Below are positions 57,205 to 64,000 of a stretch of DNA of 64,000 nt, in pieces (position 1 is the first letter of the stretch; each line of letters begins with the position of its first letter). The notes beneath the pieces were generated by a model. It had not been told where the DNA came from. It saw only the letters and a list, made by a program, of their open reading frames with translations, and made no database searches. The position numbers and the translations under genes were made by a program. The DNA is from an uncultured candidate division Zixibacteria bacterium (GTDB lineage Bacteria > Zixibacteria > MSB-5A5 > GN15 > PGXB01), in contig OY969724.1 in assembly GCA_963702205.1 (NCBI GenBank), positions 2,592,001 to 2,656,000 on the forward strand, in the 5' to 3' direction.

Positions 57205-58500
57205 TTATTTTTTGGCTTCGAGAATATGCGGCAGTTCTTCCCTGAGAATTTCGTAGATTTCTTCGCGATCTATTTTATCGACAATGTTTTTGGCCAGGCG
57301 CTCCGCCAGCAGTTCGACCAGATATGTACATATCCGGCGAATTTCCTCAGGGTCTATGGCGGTTTGCGTATCGGCCACGGCAGTCGCGGTTTTTCCGTCT
57401 GACGTCCCCGAGGTGTCCTGCTTGCGAACCGGGTGCACGGGTTCGGAGCTTATATTTTCAAGTTCCGATTCGAATTGCCTCTTTATTTTGCCCTCGGCAG
57501 ATTTGGCCGACTGCCTGTCGCTATCGGTAGATATCTGCTGCATTTCTTTTTTGAAATCGGATATGAACTGGTCGACCCCGCCGGATGTGGATTTTGTTTG
57601 ATCCTGACCGGATTTGCCAGTTTCTATGGGCTCAAGAGTATCTCTCGTTTGAGTGAGTTTCAGATTTGGATCGGTGTCATTGTGGGGCTTTTTCGCCGGG
57701 GCCTTTTTTTCCGCCCCGTCTTCTTTCATTTCGTTTAAAAACCAGTCATAATCATGATCGGCATTTTCAGGCTCAGCCGCCTCCGGCTCTTCACTCGGGG
57801 CAGTCATGCCGTACTGATCGTTATCGATTTGTATCTTGGTCGATTCGGCCATGGAGTCCGCCTTGCCTTTGCCCTGTTGTTCTTCACGAATCAATAACGA
57901 TTCGACTTTGCCGCTGTCCGAGACATTTTCCTTGTCGCCGTTGGTGTGCTGCACGATATCAAAAGCATCCTTACCGGCCGCTTTGGCCGCCTTGTTCGGA
58001 TTGCGCGAAGTCCAGGTCTGGTTCATAACTTCGGATTCTTCGACCTCGATCTCGTCGATACCGAGAGCGGCGTCCAGAAGTTCATCGTCAACCGCCCCCT
58101 CTCCGAAAGGACTGGATTCGGTGACTTTCTCGGCCGGACGGGTATCTCTTGTGCCAACGAAAGTGGATACTTTGTCCAAAAAATCATTCGGTTCAAAAGG
58201 ACGGGAAAGCACGACTTCTGGCGGATACGGCACCTGATTGCCGTTCGGGTCTTCAATCAATAAAAGCGGGATACTGGACGTGGCTTTATTGTCGCCCAGA
58301 GAATCATAGAGGTAGTTATTGTCGTTGTCGCGAATATCGGCGCCTATAATAACGAGATTGGGTTGTTCTGAGATTATCAATGCCTTGGCCTTGTCACCGG
58401 CCGAACAGCTTATGACATCGAAACCGTTTTGGTGCAAAATAGATTCGGCAATATTGCGAATGGCATCTGATTGTTCAGCGATCAGGACTTTTTTCCGCAT
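57205..58500 (-). CDS. Atypical (pseudo-)receiver protein with acidic disordered linker and helical C-terminus
   Basis: KKVLIAEQS, PNLVIIGAD, TSSIPLLL, SRPF; long D/E-rich region. Confidence 0.8.
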   Translation of the reverse strand: MRKKVLIAEQSDAIRNIAESILHQNGFDVISCSAGDKAKALIISEQPNLVIIGADIRDNDNNYLYDSLGDNKATSSIPLLLIEDPNGNQVPYPPEVVLSRPFEPNDFLDKVSTFVGTRDTRPAEKVTESSPFGEGAVDDELLDAALGIDEIEVEESEVMNQTWTSRNPNKAAKAAGKDAFDIVQHTNGDKENVSDSGKVESLLIREEQQGKGKADSMAESTKIQIDNDQYGMTAPSEEPEAAEPENADHDYDWFLNEMKEDGAEKKAPAKKPHNDTDPNLKLTQTRDTLEPIETGKSGQDQTKSTSGGVDQFISDFKKEMQQISTDSDRQSAKSAEGKIKRQFESELENISSEPVHPVRKQDTSGTSDGKTATAVADTQTAIDPEEIRRICTYLVELLAERLAKNIVDKIDREEIYEILREELPHILEAKK

Positions 58501-58514
58501 TACGTACCTTCCGG

Positions 58515-59333
58515 CTATTTATCTTCCCCGGATAAAATCTGGCTGGCGCTTTCGAGAAATTTGCGATCTTCCCTGGAAATATTCTCGATACCAACCTCAT
58601 TTATCTTATCCAGGATAGCATCGACCCTTTTCATTATATCTTCGGCTTTTTGACGCCGTTTCTCCAGTTTAGCGGATTTTCTTCTGAACCGCAAGGATTT
58701 AATCCACTGGGGAACGGCCGTAAGCCGCCAGTCGAGCTTAAGATATGCCAGACCCGTCACGGCCCCGCCCAGATGAGCCAGGTTGGCCACGTGGGGACCG
58801 GAAACGAGGAACATTAATGCGGCAAAGAACGGAATGGCATAGCGGACTTTCATCGGAATGATAAAGAAGGCCAGCAGATAGCGCTCGGGAAACATCAGCC
58901 AGTAAGCGGCGAGGACGCCGTAAATCGCCCCCGAGGCGCCGACTATCGTGGCCGCAGAACTGTAATTGAAAATGAGCGAAAACACCGCTCCGCCAAGTCC
59001 GCAATATATGTAATATTTAAGGAAACTCCTCGAGCCCCATTGAAATTCTATTTCGGTGCCGAACATCCACAGGAAGAGCATATTCATGATCAGATGCATG
59101 AACCCGCCGTGGAGGAACATATAGGTCAAAGGCTGAAACAGGTAGTTCGGGAAGTCTTTGTAGAACAGGTACGGATTCAGGCCGAAAAGAGCGGTTATGG
59201 TATTCGATCCATAAAGCTGCCCGAGCAATACCACGGAATTGATGATTATCAAATATTTGATAACCGGGCTGATTGCCCCCGGGCCGATTCTTACCGAACC
59301 CATCCCGCCTGAAAATCCTTTATTAAACCTCAT
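58515..59333 (-). CDS. Rhomboid intramembrane serine protease with C-terminal soluble domain
   Basis: TYMFLHGG..HL..NM, GASG, AHLGG, VDAILDKI. Confidence 0.95.
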   Translation of the reverse strand: MRFNKGFSGGMGSVRIGPGAISPVIKYLIIINSVVLLGQLYGSNTITALFGLNPYLFYKDFPNYLFQPLTYMFLHGGFMHLIMNMLFLWMFGTEIEFQWGSRSFLKYYIYCGLGGAVFSLIFNYSSAATIVGASGAIYGVLAAYWLMFPERYLLAFFIIPMKVRYAIPFFAALMFLVSGPHVANLAHLGGAVTGLAYLKLDWRLTAVPQWIKSLRFRRKSAKLEKRRQKAEDIMKRVDAILDKINEVGIENISREDRKFLESASQILSGEDK

Positions 59334-59430
59334 TTTTCAACCTATCGGCACATTATAAGAACGTCTTTATGGCTCATAATTTATACGCTGATGACAGTAT
59401 GTCAACCCGCAGAAAGAAGTAAAAATCGCT

Positions 59431-59592
59431 TTATGTAGTATCTTTGGGGGCTTTTTTTTCATTGGCGTCCAACTGGGCGTCGCAGGGCTCGCTTATTCAC
59501 GTCTTTACCCCCAGTTTCGGAAGCACGAATCGCAACAGGGCATACCATACGACAAGGAAAATGAGCAGGAATAATATATCATAAAAATCCAT
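59431..59592 (-). CDS. Small single-TM protein with in-frame UGA (candidate selenoprotein, U-x4-C)
   Basis: Manual translation MDFYDILFLLIFLVVWYALLRFVLPKLGVKT-UGA(59497-59499)-ISEPCDAQLDANEKKAPKDTT-TAA. AAGGA SD 8 nt upstream. Starts 12 nt after the stop of the CoA-binding gene. Confidence 0.65.
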
Positions 59593-59604
59593 CGGATTCA
59601 TCCT

Positions 59605-60045
59605 TTAGCCAAACAATCGGTGGTGCTCCTTGAAAATACAGCGGTCCATTACCATAATCAACCCGGCTTTTTCGCCGGCCGCGAAGGCGTCAAAAGATAT
59701 AACCGATTCCTGCAGCCATACCGCCGACGCCCCTATCTCCACCGCCTCTTTGACAATATCCGGCGCAGCATCGGGCTTGCGGAAGACGTCGACAATATCA
59801 ACTTTTTCGGGAATGGACTTCAGGTCGGGATAAGCCCTCTGACTCATGATTTCTTTTTCTTTCGGATTGACGGGTATGACGTTATACCCGATGGAAAGTA
59901 AATATTCGGAGACGCCGTGCGACGGACGATCGGGATTGGAGGACATTCCCACGACGGCAATAGTCCGTGATTGATCCAACAACTTCTTTATTACCCCGTC
60001 ATCGGGATTTTTCCACCCTCCCCCGACGCCATCATAAACCGGCAT
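59605..60045 (-). CDS. CoA-binding protein (YccU-like)
   Basis: IAVVGMS..PDRPS, IPVNP, DIVDVFR, VWLQ, DRC. Confidence 0.93.
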   Translation of the reverse strand: MPVYDGVGGGWKNPDDGVIKKLLDQSRTIAVVGMSSNPDRPSHGVSEYLLSIGYNVIPVNPKEKEIMSQRAYPDLKSIPEKVDIVDVFRKPDAAPDIVKEAVEIGASAVWLQESVISFDAFAAGEKAGLIMVMDRCIFKEHHRLFG

Positions 60046-60047
60046 AA

Positions 60048-60374
60048 TTAACCCAAAACTTTTGACAGTCGGTCGACCAGCTGAGCTTTCGGTATGGCTC
60101 CGATAACCTGATCCACCAGCTTGCCCTGTTTGAAAAACAGCAAAGACGGAATCGACATAATTCCGAACTGAGCCGCAATTTTCTGGTTATTGTCAACGTC
60201 CACTTTGGCGACTTTTAGCTTGCCGTCATATTCGGTGGCAACTTCTTCCAATATGGGAGCTATCATTTTGCACGGACCGCACCAGGTGGCCCAGAAATCT
60301 ACTACAACCGGAATATCAGCCTTGACTACTTCGCTATCAAAGGTGTCGTCCGTTACTGCAACAGGCTTACTCAT
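60048..60374 (-). CDS. trxA: Thioredoxin
   Basis: DFWATWCGPCKMIAP, SIP. Confidence 0.98.
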   Translation of the reverse strand: MSKPVAVTDDTFDSEVVKADIPVVVDFWATWCGPCKMIAPILEEVATEYDGKLKVAKVDVDNNQKIAAQFGIMSIPSLLFFKQGKLVDQVIGAIPKAQLVDRLSKVLG

Positions 60375-60416
60375 CAGTTTTCTCCTGCATGTTAAAGTTC
60401 ATCGAATGATTAAACG

Positions 60417-63400
60417 TTATGTTACTTTTTTTGTTCCCTTGGTTGCACCATGACCGGCCGCCAGATTACGACACCGTCCGCGCACCTGATCGACAAAAGC
60501 CTCGATGCGGGTTTCTTCGCCACTGTCCTGCAGACCTTCGTAGCTTATATTCAGCCAGGGCAGGTTGTCCAGGTCGGTGGAAACCTTTCTCGACAGCGAT
60601 GAAACGATAGTCCCCGGCATACAGTTAAACGGCATGCTGTTGACTATACCCCCGGCGCCCTCATGCACGAGGTCGATGGCCTTGCCGATAGAGAGCACCG
60701 CTTCTCCCCGGACTGAAACGGGAAGGTACGGTTCAGCCAGACCGATAATTTTCGTGACCGAAGTTTCATGTGGGATAGAAAACTCATCACTGAACAGCTT
60801 TTCCAATTTTTGCTCGATGCGGTTCTGATATGTTCCCTGGATAAATCCGGACGCCCAGCTCTTCCATTCCCGGTTGTATTTGGCGTCGAGACGGAACGTA
60901 TATGAAGTATAATTAACCCACTCGGCAAATGAGGCCAATCGAACTTCCGCCCCCAGCAATTCCAGCTTGGTGATCAGGTGATTGTTCGAAAATCGATTGT
61001 TACGCAGGTATATCTCACCGACGACGCCGATGAGCGGTCGGTCCAAATGATCGAGCGGAATCCGCGCAAATTCCGCCCCGGCCTTGCGGGCCAGATCGTA
61101 CAGGTCCTGATCCTTGATAATATAATCCTGCATCAGGTTCAGATATTTATAGTAAACGCGCTCGGTCTGTCCGCTCTTGATTTCGTGCGGACGGCAGCGG
61201 AAAAGCATCTTTTGAAGGCAGTCGACAAAGACGATTCCGGTCCAGCCGATTTTGCGGAAGGTGGTATCATCGAGGTCGAAATCCGAATATGACGTATCCG
61301 AATTGGGCGAATAAATCGGGATTTCTTTGTATCCAAGCTCATCCAATATGATGCGATGATATTGGCTGTACTGCCCGAACCGGCACGGGCCGTTGGCCCC
61401 CGGCATGAAAAAGACGGCCTTGCCCGGATCGAAATTGTCGCTGTGCAGCTTTTTGATCATATCGCCGGTCGTCACGACGCACGGGAAACACTCTTTGCCC
61501 GACGTGAACTTTTTGCCGTACTGCAGACTCAGTTCATCCGGCTCGTCCATAACCTCGGCCATAACGCCGGACTTCCGGAACGCCGCCGCGACGGCATAGG
61601 CATGGTCGCACATATTGGGGATAAATATGGTCTTCTCCGACGGCGAAAAATGCCTCAATTTTGGCTTGTACTCCGTCACCGGCGGTTCGAACCTGTAAAA
61701 CCGCAGGGAATCGAGAAACGCCTCGACCCGGGTTATCATCCCGGCATCGGCCGAATGCTCGTCCAGTTCCAACTGCAGATACGGTTTGCCGGACATCTGA
61801 CGTCGGAAGAAATGGGTTATGAACGAATCCGGCCCGCAGCCGAACGACGACAGGTACACGGCGAACAGGCTGGGGTGCTCCCGAATAAGTTTGGCCGCGG
61901 CCAGGATCTTACGGCCATACAGCCAGTACATGGTATCGAGCTCCTCAGCCTGCAACTCCATCGGAAGAAAATCCATTGGGATGACTCTCAGGTCCATGTT
62001 CCGTATTTTGGACGGTATTTCCAGCGAAAGGCGGCGGTCGAAGCCGTTGTAGGGCCGGCTTATGATGACAATGCACTTTTCATCGGGCTTTAAATCATCG
62101 AGTATTCTCTGACCTTCTTCAATCAGACTCTGGCGGTACAGCGAATAGGCCCGGTTAGCCTTCGACAAGGCTTTTCCCACTTCCCGTTCACTTAAACCCA
62201 TAGTTTTGATAATACTGTGCAACTGATTGATCATCACAGCCTTATTTGAATCAATCCTGATCGGCTTGCCGAGGAATTTTATCCCGACCGCATCAAAGTC
62301 GAACTTCGTCGAGACCGTATTCGAGATGGATTGGACGTACGGACAAATATAGCTGCCCTGCTCATCCTGACGGCTCTGGGTGTATTTGATGATGCCCGGA
62401 AGGAATATATAATCGACTTTCTTGTTTATCAGATTGTCCACGTGCCCGAAAGCGATTTTAATCGGGAAACAGGTTTCCGCCTCGAATTTCTCCAGTGAAC
62501 TTTCGACTATCTCATGGTTGGACATATCGCTGGTTATGACCTCAAAACCGAGCGACTCGAAAAACGCCTTCCAGTACGGGAAAAATTCATAAAAATGCAG
62601 CACCCTCGGGACACCTACGCGGCCGCGAGGTTCCACGTCGACGTTGACGTCGATATAGCGACGCATGAGCTGGCGCATCCGGAAATTGAAGTGGTCCGGC
62701 ATTTTGACTTTGGCTTTGTCCTGCCGGACGTCATACTTTTCGCACCGGCTGCCGTAATACATCGGCTCCTCGCCTTCCACTTCGACCTTTCGGATATCGC
62801 ACATGTTGGAGCAGTCAGTGCAGGGGAACGTCGCTATTGTATACTTGCGCTTCGAGATATCAAAGCCTTTGAACTTGCTTCCGGCACCGGTATCCTTTTC
62901 CATAGCCAAAATCGCCGCCCCGATTGCCCCGGTGATATCGTGATGCGGCGGGACCGTAATCTTTTTTCCGGTGAGTTTTTCGAAGGCGGCGACGACGCCT
63001 TTATTCCAGGCTACACCGCCCTGGAAAAATATATTGTCGCCAATCTTGCGGTCACCGACCACTCGCGTCAAATAGTTTGAAGCTATCGAATAAGCCAGCC
63101 CGGCGATTAAGTCATCGGTTCCGGCCCCGGCCCTCTGATGCCCCACCAGATCGGATTCCATGAAGACGGTGCACCGTTCGCCGCAACCGACCGGACATTT
63201 GGCCGAAAGAGCCCGGTCACCGAACTCGCGCTCGATGTTTATTTCCAGCTTCTCGGCCTGCTCCTGCAGAAACGACCCGGTTCCGGCGGCACAGGCTTTG
63301 TTCATCTCAAAGTCGGTAACGGTCTTATTGTGAAGCGACACATATTTGGAATCCTGCCCGCCGATCTCGAAAATGGTATCGACACTCGGATCAATATTAA

Positions 63401-64000
63401 TGGCCGCCGTCGCCTGGGCGGTGATTTCGTTCTTGATGATATCGGCCCCGACGAAATCCCCGGTCAGGTAGCGCCCCGACCCGGTCGTCCCGACCCCGAC
63501 CACTTTGACTTTCTGGCCAACCTCTGCCCCGATTTCTGTCAACCCCCGGCGGATGGCTTCTATAGGACGACCTTCGGTCATCAGGTAGCGACGAGCCACG
63601 ACATTTTTATCGCGGTCGATCAGGACGACGTTGGTCGATAGCGAGCCGACGTCTATGCCGAGATAGACTTCGAGATTCTCAAGGCTATCACGGTAGCGCT
63701 GGCGGGTGATATAATAATACTTCGAGTCGGGATAATCGAAACTGAGGGCTTCCCGCGATCCTTTCGGAACGCCTCTATATCTTAGATAGCCGGTGATTTT
63801 TTCCGGGTCAATTTTGACGGCTTCTTCATCCGGTTGTGAAAAAGCCAGCTGAGCGGCGCCAATGGCCCCCATGACATTATAATGCTCCGGGATAACCAGC
63901 TCGCCCGAATTGAGTTCCAGGATATCGGTAAAGGCCCGGACAACGCCGGGATTGGCCGCCACGCCGCCTTCGAAGGCGATGGGCTTGATAAATTTCTTCC
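60417..64000 (-). CDS. Multidomain acyl-CoA dehydratase activase (BcrAD/HgdC-type ATPase + DUF2229-like), 5'-truncated
   Basis: Frame is open to the window edge (FEGGVAAN). GIDVGSLST, TTGSGR, IGGQDSK, CAAGTGS, CTDCSNMC, ETCFP, FGCGPD, GPCRFG, PFNCMP. Confidence 0.9.
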   Translation of the reverse strand, partial: KKFIKPIAFEGGVAANPGVVRAFTDILELNSGELVIPEHYNVMGAIGAAQLAFSQPDEEAVKIDPEKITGYLRYRGVPKGSREALSFDYPDSKYYYITRQRYRDSLENLEVYLGIDVGSLSTNVVLIDRDKNVVARRYLMTEGRPIEAIRRGLTEIGAEVGQKVKVVGVGTTGSGRYLTGDFVGADIIKNEITAQATAAINIDPSVDTIFEIGGQDSKYVSLHNKTVTDFEMNKACAAGTGSFLQEQAEKLEINIEREFGDRALSAKCPVGCGERCTVFMESDLVGHQRAGAGTDDLIAGLAYSIASNYLTRVVGDRKIGDNIFFQGGVAWNKGVVAAFEKLTGKKITVPPHHDITGAIGAAILAMEKDTGAGSKFKGFDISKRKYTIATFPCTDCSNMCDIRKVEVEGEEPMYYGSRCEKYDVRQDKAKVKMPDHFNFRMRQLMRRYIDVNVDVEPRGRVGVPRVLHFYEFFPYWKAFFESLGFEVITSDMSNHEIVESSLEKFEAETCFPIKIAFGHVDNLINKKVDYIFLPGIIKYTQSRQDEQGSYICPYVQSISNTVSTKFDFDAVGIKFLGKPIRIDSNKAVMINQLHSIIKTMGLSEREVGKALSKANRAYSLYRQSLIEEGQRILDDLKPDEKCIVIISRPYNGFDRRLSLEIPSKIRNMDLRVIPMDFLPMELQAEELDTMYWLYGRKILAAAKLIREHPSLFAVYLSSFGCGPDSFITHFFRRQMSGKPYLQLELDEHSADAGMITRVEAFLDSLRFYRFEPPVTEYKPKLRHFSPSEKTIFIPNMCDHAYAVAAAFRKSGVMAEVMDEPDELSLQYGKKFTSGKECFPCVVTTGDMIKKLHSDNFDPGKAVFFMPGANGPCRFGQYSQYHRIILDELGYKEIPIYSPNSDTSYSDFDLDDTTFRKIGWTGIVFVDCLQKMLFRCRPHEIKSGQTERVYYKYLNLMQDYIIKDQDLYDLARKAGAEFARIPLDHLDRPLIGVVGEIYLRNNRFSNNHLITKLELLGAEVRLASFAEWVNYTSYTFRLDAKYNREWKSWASGFIQGTYQNRIEQKLEKLFSDEFSIPHETSVTKIIGLAEPYLPVSVRGEAVLSIGKAIDLVHEGAGGIVNSMPFNCMPGTIVSSLSRKVSTDLDNLPWLNISYEGLQDSGEETRIEAFVDQVRGRCRNLAAGHGATKGTKKVT

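Noticed and set aside
59400..59600. 6S RNA or other ncRNA between the rhomboid and CoA-binding genes
   Set aside because: No long closing stem seen. The region is better explained by a small ORF with an SD and a TM helix.

Overview
A 64-kb, mostly core-chromosomal bacterial window. Gene content and style suggest an FCB-superphylum organism such as Zixibacteria; this is an inference, not verified. It holds the 3' part of glgX, tRNA-Leu(CAA), PBP1A, tyrS, lipoproteins, a sugar ABC transporter, a four-gene DUF6754-type membrane cluster, leuS, the rimP-nusA-infB-rbfA-truB-ribF-rpsO-pnp operon, cysE, iscS-mnmA, TamB/TamA-like genes, an ECF sigma/anti-sigma/HtrA-like operon, outer-membrane barrel genes, ccdA, a rhomboid, trxA and a partial acyl-CoA dehydratase activase. 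The most interesting items are missing from the ORF track or unexplained by it. (1) A 58-aa Tat-motif peptide (1190-1366) lies directly upstream of a GT9 glycosyltransferase with a C-terminal RRE/PqqD-like extension, a candidate glycosylated RiPP or lipopeptide system. (2) A 53-aa single-pass membrane protein (59431-59592) has an in-frame UGA in a U-x4-C motif and is a candidate selenoprotein at the end of the trxA operon. (3) A CxxCH, Tyr/Trp-rich lipoprotein sits between two beta-barrel genes. (4) An HtrA homologue has lost all three catalytic residues. (5) Two tandem MITE-like elements are inserted in a hairpin loop. All family assignments come from motif recognition by eye, not from database searches.
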